Source: an uncultured bacterium (GTDB taxonomy: Bacteria > Planctomycetota > DG-23 > CBDVDV01). Taken from it: DNA of 45,024 bases. Shown piece after piece: positions 8,465 to 17,161 of this stretch (positions within the stretch are counted from its first letter, which is position 1; every line of letters begins with the position of its first letter). Where the stretch lies: the NCBI GenBank assembly GCA_965372835.1, contig CBDVDV010000005.1, positions 1 to 45,024 of the forward strand, written 5' to 3'. The translations under genes and the position numbers were made by a program. The notes under the pieces are model-generated. The model saw nothing but the letters and a program-made list of their open reading frames with translations. It ran no database searches and was not told the origin of the DNA.

Positions 8465-9880
8465 ATGGAGCCGGAAGGGCGCCCGACGGTAAGTTTGAGC
8501 CTGGCCGAGCAGGAACTCTTCGACCGGGTGGGCTGGTACATCAGGCTGCGCTGGCTGGCCCTGCTGGCGGTCGCGCTGACGTTGCTGGTGGCCTGGTATG
8601 GCTTGGGGCTACGCTTTGCCGTCTGGCCGCTGGTGGCGGTCATCCTCACTGCGTTCTTCTACAACGCCGTCTTCGCCCTGTTCGCCAAGATGGTGCGCGA
8701 TCGGCGGACAGTCACACCCAGGCTCATCGTGGTCTTTGCCAACGTGCAGATTGCCATGGACCTGTTGGCCCTGGGGGTCTTTATTCACTTCGCCGGCGGA
8801 GTGGTCACCTTACGTATCATGCTCTTTCTCATTCCCATCATCATGGCCGCCGAACTGCTCTCGCTACCCAACGCCTACCTGCAGGCTACCTTTGCCGCGC
8901 TACTCGTCAACGGTGTTTGTTGGCTGGAGTATCTCGGTGTTCTTCACCACCACGAGTTGGTGGGCCTGTTCCCCGGTCCGGCGGCGCGTACCGGCAACGG
9001 GCTGCACCAGGAGTTTTTCTACGTTCTGACGGTTACCTGCATCGGGACGGCGGCCCTTTACGTTGCCGTGTTCATGGCCAGTTCCATCGCCGCCCGGCTC
9101 CGGGCCCGGCAGGGCGACCTGGAACGGGCCTACCACCGGCTGCAGGCGGTGGACTCGGAGAAGAGCTACTTTATGCGCCGGGCGGGCCATGGGCTGCGCT
9201 CTCCCCTGGCGGCCATCCAGAGCCTGCTTCGGCTCATCTCGCAGGGGTTTGCCGGGGAGGTTGACAGGCGTCCCCGTGAACTTATCACCCGAGCCGTCGG
9301 CCGAACCGACGAACTCATCGCCCTGGTCAACGACCTGCTCCGCTACAGCCGACTTCAGGCGGTGACCGAACCGGAAGCCCCACAGCACGTTTCCCTGGAA
9401 GCCCTTCTCGCCGACACCGTGGCCGTCCTGCAGCCCCTGGCCGATGAAAAGGGACTGAGCCTGGAGGTCTCGGCCCAGCCGGCCACTGTCTTGGGTGACC
9501 CGGAAGACCTGGGTGACCTGGTGGCCAACCTGGTCGGCAACGCCATCAAGTATACGCCGGAGGGCGGAGAGGTGAGGGTACGGCTCTGGCAGGAGGAGGA
9601 GTGGGTCCGCTTCGAGGTCCGTGACACCGGGATCGGCGTTCCGCCTGAGGCCCGGCAACACATCTTTGAGGAGTTCTACCGCGCCAGCAACGCCAAGTCC
9701 GTGGAGCCGGGCGGGACGGGTCTGGGCCTGGCCATCGTCAAGCGAGTGGTGACGGTGCACGGCGGCCAGGTCGGGCTCACCAGTACACCGGGCACCGGGA
9801 GCACCTTCAGCGTCAGGCTCCCGGCGAGCGAGCAGCCGACAGAGCCGACCACCGGCTGGCCCCCGCCCGAAACCTTCTGA
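8465..9880 (+). CDS. Membrane-bound sensor histidine kinase (HisKA + HATPase), orphan
   Basis: About 6 hydrophobic N-terminal segments; H-box GHGLRSPL, N-box NLVGNAIKYT, G1 DTGIG, F-box IFEEFYR, G2 GTGLGLAI; start could be 8414 or 8465. Confidence 0.88.
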   Translation: MEPEGRPTVSLSLAEQELFDRVGWYIRLRWLALLAVALTLLVAWYGLGLRFAVWPLVAVILTAFFYNAVFALFAKMVRDRRTVTPRLIVVFANVQIAMDLLALGVFIHFAGGVVTLRIMLFLIPIIMAAELLSLPNAYLQATFAALLVNGVCWLEYLGVLHHHELVGLFPGPAARTGNGLHQEFFYVLTVTCIGTAALYVAVFMASSIAARLRARQGDLERAYHRLQAVDSEKSYFMRRAGHGLRSPLAAIQSLLRLISQGFAGEVDRRPRELITRAVGRTDELIALVNDLLRYSRLQAVTEPEAPQHVSLEALLADTVAVLQPLADEKGLSLEVSAQPATVLGDPEDLGDLVANLVGNAIKYTPEGGEVRVRLWQEEEWVRFEVRDTGIGVPPEARQHIFEEFYRASNAKSVEPGGTGLGLAIVKRVVTVHGGQVGLTSTPGTGSTFSVRLPASEQPTEPTTGWPPPETF

Positions 9881-9915
9881 GGAGCCCAGCCCTGGGCGCC
9901 GCCGGCCGCGCCGGC

Positions 9916-12072
9916 CTACTCGGAGCCGCTGGTCGGGACCTCCTCCAGTACGGTAAGCCGGTACACGTGGCGCTGATAGGGTTCAAAGTCGTCGGTCAAC
10001 ACGCCCTGCTCCAGCGTCAGTGTCCGGTCTTCGAAGAGCACCTCCACGGGAGCCGACTTGGGCACACCGGTGAGCGTGAACGTGGTCCCAGGCTGGGGCT
10101 CGTGACTGGCGTTGACCAGGATGAGGTAGAGCTGGTCCTGGTGTTGGCGCGCGGCTCCGTGCATGGTGGTCTTGTTGGTGGCGGTAATGACGTGGACCGT
10201 CGGGCTGACCAGCGCCGGGGTCAGTTGACGCAGTTCCTCGGTGATATCCAGGACGGCCTGCCAGACCGCCGGATGCTCCTTGGCGTAGAAGAAGGGCTCC
10301 CAGAGCACGCCGTTGGCCCCGTGGGTGACCGCCAGGTAGGTCATGACGGAGAGTTCCGTCGGCTCCGGCTCCAGACTGCCTTCGTCACCCAGATCCAGCA
10401 CCACCCAAACGGGAACTTTGCCACGCAGCAGCGCCTTGGCCCTGTCGATGGGGCGGGTGATCCCCCGCAGGTCGAAGGGCCGGGCGCCCCCTACGGCCTC
10501 CGTGGACACGATTACGATGTCGCTCAGCCCCTGGTACTGGTACACGCTGCTCTGGTAGCGGGACTGGAGTCTGAGCAGCATGGGCAGGTCGCTGCCCACG
10601 GCGTTCTGGAGGCTCTGACGAGCCAGGCGCACCTCCGGGGGCGAAGCCGGGTGGGCCTCGCCGTCGGGCTCGTCACCGAGCAGCCAGCCGATGACCGCCG
10701 GGTGCTCCTGCAGGTCATGGGCGATGGTGGTGGCGGCCTTGGGTGCGTGAGTCCGGATGCTTCCTGAGAGGTTGGCCACCCCCATGATGCCGGCCTTATG
10801 GCAGCGATTCAGGAAGGGCCGAGGGCTCCCCATGACCACCGGGGCCACTGCCAGGTTGAAAGCCGTTCCCGTCAGGTGCTTCTCGGGCTCCTGGCAGCCG
10901 ACCACCCCCTTGGCGTAGAAGGGCTTGCCGTTGACATACATGAACTCACCGCTGAGTCTGACCTCGGCCTGTCCTTTCGGGGCCTCTTCGTCGCTGACCT
11001 CCTCCTCTTCTACCTTCTCGGGCACCAGGGCCACGTCATCGATATGGAGCACCCCCGAGCCCACGTTGTAGAGCCAGAGGCGGACCGGTTTGCGGTCATC
11101 ATCCACCGCGATCTCGTAGGTGAGTTCCTGCCAGTCAAGTGTGACCTGGACGTCAGCTGCTCCCCCCCAGAACCGGGCATTGGCCAGCCCCAGTCGGAAC
11201 ACCGCGCCACCTTTCCCCTTGACGAACACCGTCACCCCGTAGCGACCCCCTCGGGGCACCCAGATGCGATCCGTAGCCAGGCCGCCGCGGGCCGGACTGA
11301 GCCCGACCGCGCGGATGGCGGCGCAGCTGGCCCCGGTGTGGGCCTCGCTGGGGGAAGCGCTGGTGGCCTGGTACTTCCCCCCGTCGAACAGACCCCAGAA
11401 CTGCCAGCCCTCCAGCCCGTACTCAAAGCCCGGGTTGCTCACCAGGTTCCCGACGATCGAGGGGATCTCGGCCATGGTGGCCAGTTCGGGGGGGATGGTG
11501 TCGGGCGTTCCCCGGGTGAGTCGGAGGTTGTCCAGGTAGGCCTTGTTGCTCCCTTCGGGACTCCGCGCGGCCCGGAGGGAAAAACTGGCAATGTGACCGA
11601 TGTCCACGACCCGGGCCGCCCCGACCAGGTTAACCTCCACGGTGTTGGTTCCCGGTCGCACGTAGTAGTAGGGGACGGTGTAGCGCACCCCGTCCTGGTC
11701 GGTCACTTGGATGGTGAGGATCAGGGGTGATCCGTCCAGGTAGACGTCCAGCTTGAGTTTTTCGTATCCACTCCAGTCCTCGGCCAGCGCTCCGGTGGTG
11801 CTCCAGAGGACGGCTGCCGCGCGGGGGAAGGTGGTCCAGAGGCTGCGCTCGCCGTCGGTGGCGTGCTCACGAGTCACGCCGCCGCCGCCGGTGTTGCTGC
11901 GCCAGGGCCCTCGTTCGAGGTCCATCCGCCTGCGCTCGAACGACGCGAGGACCTTAATGGCCGGCCGGGCATCCGCAGGCTGTCCGGCCAGAGGCCGAGG
12001 ACCGCTCAGCATCCCCGCCAACAGAATGCCAAGGTACAGAGCGCACCGTCCAAGTCGCCATCGCATTGCCAT
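9916..12072 (-). CDS. Secreted multidomain protein: two carbohydrate-binding-like beta-sandwiches plus a glycoside-hydrolase-like barrel
   Basis: Signal peptide MAMRWRLGRCALYLGILLAG; DWSGYEKLKLDVY..YLDNLRL; NLVSNPGFEYGLEGW..IDDVAL (CBM4/9-like); VNGKPFY..HPAVIGWLLGDEPD..HGANGVLW. Confidence 0.6.
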   Translation of the reverse strand: MAMRWRLGRCALYLGILLAGMLSGPRPLAGQPADARPAIKVLASFERRRMDLERGPWRSNTGGGGVTREHATDGERSLWTTFPRAAAVLWSTTGALAEDWSGYEKLKLDVYLDGSPLILTIQVTDQDGVRYTVPYYYVRPGTNTVEVNLVGAARVVDIGHIASFSLRAARSPEGSNKAYLDNLRLTRGTPDTIPPELATMAEIPSIVGNLVSNPGFEYGLEGWQFWGLFDGGKYQATSASPSEAHTGASCAAIRAVGLSPARGGLATDRIWVPRGGRYGVTVFVKGKGGAVFRLGLANARFWGGAADVQVTLDWQELTYEIAVDDDRKPVRLWLYNVGSGVLHIDDVALVPEKVEEEEVSDEEAPKGQAEVRLSGEFMYVNGKPFYAKGVVGCQEPEKHLTGTAFNLAVAPVVMGSPRPFLNRCHKAGIMGVANLSGSIRTHAPKAATTIAHDLQEHPAVIGWLLGDEPDGEAHPASPPEVRLARQSLQNAVGSDLPMLLRLQSRYQSSVYQYQGLSDIVIVSTEAVGGARPFDLRGITRPIDRAKALLRGKVPVWVVLDLGDEGSLEPEPTELSVMTYLAVTHGANGVLWEPFFYAKEHPAVWQAVLDITEELRQLTPALVSPTVHVITATNKTTMHGAARQHQDQLYLILVNASHEPQPGTTFTLTGVPKSAPVEVLFEDRTLTLEQGVLTDDFEPYQRHVYRLTVLEEVPTSGSE

Positions 12073-12143
12073 CCCTTTCTCCCCTGAGCGTCTTCGGCTG
12101 ACACAAATGTGTGCGAAGAAGAGACGCCAACTCCACACTACTC

Positions 12144-12171
12144 ATTATACGTATGGGCGCCGGTTCTGCAA
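12144..12171 (-). promoter_or_regulatory. sigma70-type promoter for the secreted protein gene
   Basis: Minus strand TTGCAG (12171-12166), 16 bp, TATAAT (12149-12144). Confidence 0.6.
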
Positions 12172-12216
12172 GGAATTCCATTCCGGCCTGGGGGCCGCGG
12201 CGTCGTGACGGGCAGG

Positions 12217-12885
12217 TCAGTCGGCCAGACGCACATAGACCTCGGCAGCGATGTCCTTGTCCACTGCGTATTCGGTCTCGCCCAGGCGAAAGACGTAGGA
12301 AGGGAAGGTGCGAAGAAGCTCGACGGGCGCTCCCGGGAGCATCCCCAGGGCCATGAGTTTCCGGAGGATTTCGTGACGGCTGGTGTGGAGGTAGGCAATG
12401 GTACCGCGCTCGCCTGCATGCATATCGACCAGGGCGCTGACAATGCGCCCTTCCGCAGCGCGCCCCGCCCGGCAGCACGGCCCCGGCGGAATGGGATTGC
12501 CGTGGGGACAGGTGCGGGGGTGGCCGAGCAGAAGACACACTTTCTGCTCGATGTCAGGATGGAGCAGATGCTCGAACTGGCAGGCGGACTGGTTGAGTCG
12601 GTTCCCCGGGACGTCCAACACGTCGGCCAGCAGGCGTTCGGCCAGGCGGTGTCGGCGGACGATGTCCCTGGCCGCTTCTAGTCCGCTTTCGGTGAGGGTG
12701 GCTCGGACCCCCTCTTCCGTCACTGCCAGCAGGCTGGCGTCAACCAGTTCGCGAAGTTCGTAGGGTGAGACGCCGAGCTCTTCCAGGTCCAGGGGACGGC
12801 CCAGGTCCACCTCACCTCGGTCACCTTCCAACTGGGTCCAGATGCGCTCCAGGATCTCGTCGGCTGCGTCGCTGACTCTGGCCAC
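12217..12885 (-). CDS. DtxR/MntR-family metal-dependent regulator with C-terminal FeoA domain
   Basis: LTESG..AARDIVRRHRLAERLL, ACQFEH, TCPHGNPIP, C-terminal LRKLMALGMLPGAPV (FeoA/SH3-like); directly downstream of feoB. Confidence 0.88.
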   Translation of the reverse strand: MARVSDAADEILERIWTQLEGDRGEVDLGRPLDLEELGVSPYELRELVDASLLAVTEEGVRATLTESGLEAARDIVRRHRLAERLLADVLDVPGNRLNQSACQFEHLLHPDIEQKVCLLLGHPRTCPHGNPIPPGPCCRAGRAAEGRIVSALVDMHAGERGTIAYLHTSRHEILRKLMALGMLPGAPVELLRTFPSYVFRLGETEYAVDKDIAAEVYVRLAD

Positions 12886-12897
12886 GATTTGGCGCTC

Positions 12898-14949
12898 CTA
12901 CTGTGGGATGAGTTGTGGGAAGACCCCCAACAGGGCATTGGTCAGCATACCACTCAGGAAAGCAAAAGGCACGATAATGGCGACCATCAACACGGTGGTT
13001 CGCAGTCCCGCCTCTTTCTGGTTGATGAGAAGCTGGGCGATGCAGGGGACGAACAGTGTGAGCACCACCGCCGCCACCGTCAGCTGTCGCACGCTCAGGA
13101 GCCCCGCCTGCTCCAGGTCGAAGAGCCCGGCCGCCCCGTAATCCCGCCGGAAGAATCCGAAAAGGAAGGCCCGCGAAGCCTCCTCGGGAAGGCCCATGGC
13201 GCGAACCGGATAACTCAGCACCCGCTCCACCAGCGGGAACAGTTGCAGCAACGTCCCCAGCCAGAGGATAACACTGGCCAGAAGGAACACAGGCAGGATC
13301 TCCCAGAAGTACCAGCGCATCCGACTCCAGGTCTTGCTCAGGATGTTGCTCACTTTGGGCAGCCGGATGGGCGGCAGTTCCATGTAGAAACTGGGTGCCG
13401 CGCCGGGCATCAGCCGTGAGGCCAGAAGGCCCGCCACCAGGAAGCACAGGGCCACGAACACGGCCCAGAAGACCAGCGCACTCTCACGACCGGGCCGACC
13501 CAGCAGCCCGGTGATGACACCAAACTGGGCCGAGCAGGGGATGGCCAGAGAAAGCAGGAAGATGGCGATGACGCGCTCTCGGCGGGTCTCCAGGAGACGG
13601 GTCACCATGACGGCCATGGTCGCACAGCCGAACCCCAACACAATGGGGATGACGGCGCGACCGTTCAGCCCGATGCGCTTAAAGAGCCTGTCGACCAACA
13701 TGGCCAGACGGGGAAAGTAGCCACTGTCCTCGATCACACTGAACACCAGGAAGAACACCGTCACAATGGGGAGCACGATGGCGATGGCATAGCGCAAGCC
13801 CAGCGTGACCAGACCATATTCCCCGACCAGCAAGTCGCGCAGCGCTACCGACACCCAGTTCTGCCAGGGCAGCAGGGCTCCCGTCAGTCGCAGGGCCGCT
13901 GGATTGACCCACTCCTCAAAGACCGTCCCTTCCATCCAGTTCACCAGCGTCCCCGCTCCCACGCCACCCACCAGTCTGTAGAGGCCGAAGTAGAGCACGG
14001 CCAGGAGAATGGGGATGCCGGTCAGCGGTTCCATACACAGTCGGCCCAGCCGCACCCCCAGTCCGTGGGGTCGCCGATCCCCCCGACTGGTCACGGTGGC
14101 GGTCAGTTCCCGGGCCCGTTCCTGATAGCTCATCCGGGCCTGATAGCCCAGGGAGTGGGCCAGGCCGGCGTTAGCCCGGTGAATCAGCTGGCGGATTTGC
14201 TCGGCCCGGTCTGGCTCCGCCTGCTTGAGTCGGTGCATCAACTCCTCGTCTTCCTGGAGCAGGAGCAAGGCCAAGGCGCGTCCGTCCATGCCGTAGTCTT
14301 CCTGAACCAGTCCATTCACCTGCCCCGCCACCTCCTCCACGGGGCCTCGGTGGCGAACCATGAACTTCCCGTTGCCGCCGTCGTCCGAGCGGCGACGGAT
14401 CTCCTCGCGGAGAGTGTCGATGCCTTCGCCCGAGGTCGCGACGGTGGCCACCACCGGAATGCCCAGTGCTTGGCTCAGGGCGTCGGCGTCCACCTGGATG
14501 CCCAGTTTCTCGGCCTCGTCCGTCATATTGAGGTCCAACACGACGGGGAGCCCCGCTTCCACCAACTGCAGTGTCAGCGGCAGCATCCGCTCCAGGTTCT
14601 TGGCGTCGACGATGTGGACGACACAACGGATGGCGGGGTCGAAGAGGACCCGGCGGGCCACGCGTTCTTCCTCGGAAATGGCGATGAGGGAGTACATTCC
14701 CGGAGTGTCGACCACCTGGTAGCGGCGATCCCCGAGGGTAAGCGCACCCTGGCTGAGTGCCACGGTGGTGCCGGGATAGTTGCTGACGGTGGCATAGAGA
14801 CCGGTCAAAGCGTTGAAGATGCAACTCTTGCCCACGTTGGGCGAGCCCACCAGAGCAATGAGGCCGGCCTCGGCCTTCAGGCGAGGCCGAGGTCCGCGGC
14901 GGCGCCGGTGGCGCCAGCGTCGCTGCCCGTGTGAACCCGGTCCCATCAT
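12898..14949 (-). CDS. feoB: Ferrous iron transporter B
   Basis: G1 GSPNVGKS, G2 NYPGTTV, G3 DTPG, G4 NMTD; membrane domain with EDSGY.PR, GFGC, IPCSAQ, MELPP, FVPC. Confidence 0.96.
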   Translation of the reverse strand: MMGPGSHGQRRWRHRRRRGPRPRLKAEAGLIALVGSPNVGKSCIFNALTGLYATVSNYPGTTVALSQGALTLGDRRYQVVDTPGMYSLIAISEEERVARRVLFDPAIRCVVHIVDAKNLERMLPLTLQLVEAGLPVVLDLNMTDEAEKLGIQVDADALSQALGIPVVATVATSGEGIDTLREEIRRRSDDGGNGKFMVRHRGPVEEVAGQVNGLVQEDYGMDGRALALLLLQEDEELMHRLKQAEPDRAEQIRQLIHRANAGLAHSLGYQARMSYQERARELTATVTSRGDRRPHGLGVRLGRLCMEPLTGIPILLAVLYFGLYRLVGGVGAGTLVNWMEGTVFEEWVNPAALRLTGALLPWQNWVSVALRDLLVGEYGLVTLGLRYAIAIVLPIVTVFFLVFSVIEDSGYFPRLAMLVDRLFKRIGLNGRAVIPIVLGFGCATMAVMVTRLLETRRERVIAIFLLSLAIPCSAQFGVITGLLGRPGRESALVFWAVFVALCFLVAGLLASRLMPGAAPSFYMELPPIRLPKVSNILSKTWSRMRWYFWEILPVFLLASVILWLGTLLQLFPLVERVLSYPVRAMGLPEEASRAFLFGFFRRDYGAAGLFDLEQAGLLSVRQLTVAAVVLTLFVPCIAQLLINQKEAGLRTTVLMVAIIVPFAFLSGMLTNALLGVFPQLIPQ

Positions 14950-14972
14950 AGTGATGCCCTTGAGTCTGCCCG

Positions 14973-14996
14973 TTGAGACTGCGTCTCAATCTCAAC
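14973..14996. promoter_or_regulatory. Palindromic operator (Fur-box-like) at feoB transcription start
   Basis: TTGAGAC-TGC-GTCTCAA inverted repeat plus extra TCTCAA hexamer, just downstream of the -10 element. Confidence 0.6.
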
Positions 14997-15001
14997 TGTC
15001 C

Positions 15002-15030
15002 ACTTTAGCCGCCCGGTGCTCAGTTGTCAA
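15002..15030 (-). promoter_or_regulatory. sigma70-type promoter for feoB
   Basis: Minus strand TTGACA (15030-15025), 17 bp, TAAAGT (15007-15002). Confidence 0.7.
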
Positions 15031-15112
15031 CACAAAAGTTTCTGCGTGAGGTCGGGGATGGTCGGGGGGCACCCTTGAGACCGCGGATTTCGGCCAGGTG
15101 CGCTCGTCCGGC

Positions 15113-16624
15113 TTACTGGGGAGGGAAAGTGGCTTCGGCGACTGCGATGGCCCGGAGCAAGGCCTGGGCTTTATTCAGCGTCTCCTGGTACTCTCGTTCG
15201 GGCACGCTGTCGGCGACGATGCCGGCGCCGGCCTGCACGTACGCATCCTCACCGACCAGGACGATGGTGCGGATGGCGATGCAGGTGTTCATGTTGCCCC
15301 GGAAGTCGATGTAGCCGACGGCCCCGCCGTAGGGACCCCGTTTGCTGGGCTCCAACTCGTCGAGGATCTGCATGGCCCGCACTTTCGGCGCCCCGCTCAA
15401 CGTCCCCGCGGGGAGACAGGCCCGCAGGGCGTCTACCGCGGTCCGTCCTTCCTCCAGTTCGCCGGAGACGCTGCTGGTGATGTGCATCACGTGACTGTAT
15501 TTCTCCACCACCATGACCTCGTCCAGGGCGACGGTGTTGAAGCGGGCCACCCGTCCGACGTCGTTTCGCCCCAGATCCACGAGCATAATGTGCTCGGCCC
15601 GCTCCTTGGGGTCGGCCAGCAGTCGGCGGGCCAGTGCTTGGTCCTCGGCTTCGGTGCGCCCCCGGCGGTAGGTGCCGGCGATGGGCCGCAGGGTGATCCG
15701 TCCGTTCTCCACCTTGACCATGACCTCGGGGCTGGCTCCCACCAGCGTCACCCCACGCAGTTGCAGGTAGAACATGTAGGGGGAGGGGTTGATCGTCCGC
15801 AGCGCTCGGTAGAGGCTGAAGGGGTGGGCGCGGGTGCGGGTGTGGAGCCGCTGGCTGAGGACCACCTGGAGGATGTCGCCGGCGTAGATGTACTCTTTGC
15901 ATCGGTTGACCGCTTCGAGGAAGCCTTCCTGCGTGAAGTTGGAGTCGAACTCGGGCGGAGGAAGTTCGGCCGTGTGCAGGTCGTCGACCAGTTCGGCTGC
16001 GGGCCGACGCAGCCTTTCCACCAGGGCGTCCACACGGCCGCAGGCTTCCCGGTAGGCCTGGCGAGCGGGCTGCTCCCGGCACGAAGCGTGGGAGACCACG
16101 GCCACGGTCTTGAAGACGTGGTCGAAGATGACCAGGGTGTCAAAGAGCATGAAGTAAAGGTCGGGGAGTCCCAGCACGTCGGGCGGACAGTGGGGCAGGG
16201 GCTCGAAGTAGCGCGCCACGTCGTAGCCGGCATAGCCCACCAGACCGCCCGTGAAGGGTGGGACCCCGGCCACCTCGGCTGCCTGATAGGACCTCAGGAG
16301 GTCGCCCAGTTCCTGGAGGGGGTCACAGACGTCGTACTCCCGGACCTCCGCTCCTTTCTCCAGACGAAGCCGGCGGCCCGTGGCGGTGACCGTGAGGCGT
16401 GGCCCCACGCCCAGAGAACTGTATCGGGCGCTGCTTTCCAGACCCACCACGCTTTCCAGCAGGAAGGCATGTTCGGCGTCCGCAGCCAGTTGGCGGAAGG
16501 CGCACACCGGCGTCAGCGTGTCCTCCAGAAGACACCGATAGACTGGTACCAGCGCGCCGTTGGCGCTCAGCCGCTCAAACTCCGCCAGGGACGGATAGTA
16601 TCGAGTCACCCTCTCTTCGCTCAC
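15113..16624 (-). CDS. trpE: Anthranilate synthase component I
   Basis: FLLES, FTGGLVGY, GDILQVVLSQR, NPSPYMFY, GASPE, PIAGT, KERAEHIMLVDLGRND, YSHVMHI, PAGTLSGAPK, QAGAGIVADS; start GTG 16624. Confidence 0.93.
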   Translation of the reverse strand: MSEERVTRYYPSLAEFERLSANGALVPVYRCLLEDTLTPVCAFRQLAADAEHAFLLESVVGLESSARYSSLGVGPRLTVTATGRRLRLEKGAEVREYDVCDPLQELGDLLRSYQAAEVAGVPPFTGGLVGYAGYDVARYFEPLPHCPPDVLGLPDLYFMLFDTLVIFDHVFKTVAVVSHASCREQPARQAYREACGRVDALVERLRRPAAELVDDLHTAELPPPEFDSNFTQEGFLEAVNRCKEYIYAGDILQVVLSQRLHTRTRAHPFSLYRALRTINPSPYMFYLQLRGVTLVGASPEVMVKVENGRITLRPIAGTYRRGRTEAEDQALARRLLADPKERAEHIMLVDLGRNDVGRVARFNTVALDEVMVVEKYSHVMHITSSVSGELEEGRTAVDALRACLPAGTLSGAPKVRAMQILDELEPSKRGPYGGAVGYIDFRGNMNTCIAIRTIVLVGEDAYVQAGAGIVADSVPEREYQETLNKAQALLRAIAVAEATFPPQ

Positions 16625-16663
16625 CCTATGCCCTTTCCCGACGAACCGCCCACCGACCAACTC

Positions 16664-16691
16664 ATTATAGGTAGCCCAATTGGACTGTCAA
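16664..16691 (-). promoter_or_regulatory. Consensus sigma70 promoter for trpE
   Basis: Minus strand TTGACA (16691-16686), 16 bp, TATAAT (16669-16664). Confidence 0.75.
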
Positions 16692-16719
16692 CGACCCCCC
16701 CGGTGGGGGGCAAATCTCC

Positions 16720-16747
16720 TTGATTACCCGGCCTGCCGACCTATAAT
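16720..16747 (+). promoter_or_regulatory. sigma70 promoter for queD operon
   Basis: TTGATT (16720-16725), 16 bp, TATAAT (16742-16747), 20 nt before ATG. Confidence 0.7.
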
Positions 16748-16767
16748 CGGTGAGGGGAGGGGGTCGC

Positions 16768-17133
16768 ATGTACGAGGTGCGGGTGGAGTCGCGCTTTTCT
16801 GCCGCGCATGCCTTGCGTGGGTACGAGGGGAACTGCGAGCGGCTCCACGGTCACAACTGGAGAGTGGAAGTCCGCTTGGCGACGGAGCGGCTTGACGAGC
16901 AGGGGCTGGCCATCGACTTTCGCCAGGCGAAGGCGCTGCTCGAAGAGGTCTTGGAGGGCCTCGACCACCGGTTCCTGAACGAACTGGAGCCCTTCCGCGA
17001 TGAAAACCCCTCCACGGAGAGGCTGGCCCAGTACATTCTCGAGGCCCTGTCAGCCAGGCTCCCTGGTGGGGTCAGATTGACTGAAGTGACCGCCTGGGAG
17101 ACGCCGGGCTGTGCCGCCACCTACCGTCCCTGA
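16768..17133 (+). CDS. queD: 6-carboxytetrahydropterin synthase
   Basis: FSAAH.L, CERLHGHNW, LDHRFLN, NPSTE.LA, WETP. Confidence 0.93.
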   Translation: MYEVRVESRFSAAHALRGYEGNCERLHGHNWRVEVRLATERLDEQGLAIDFRQAKALLEEVLEGLDHRFLNELEPFRDENPSTERLAQYILEALSARLPGGVRLTEVTAWETPGCAATYRP

Positions 17134-17161
17134 TCACACCTGTCGAAGGAGTGCCACGACC

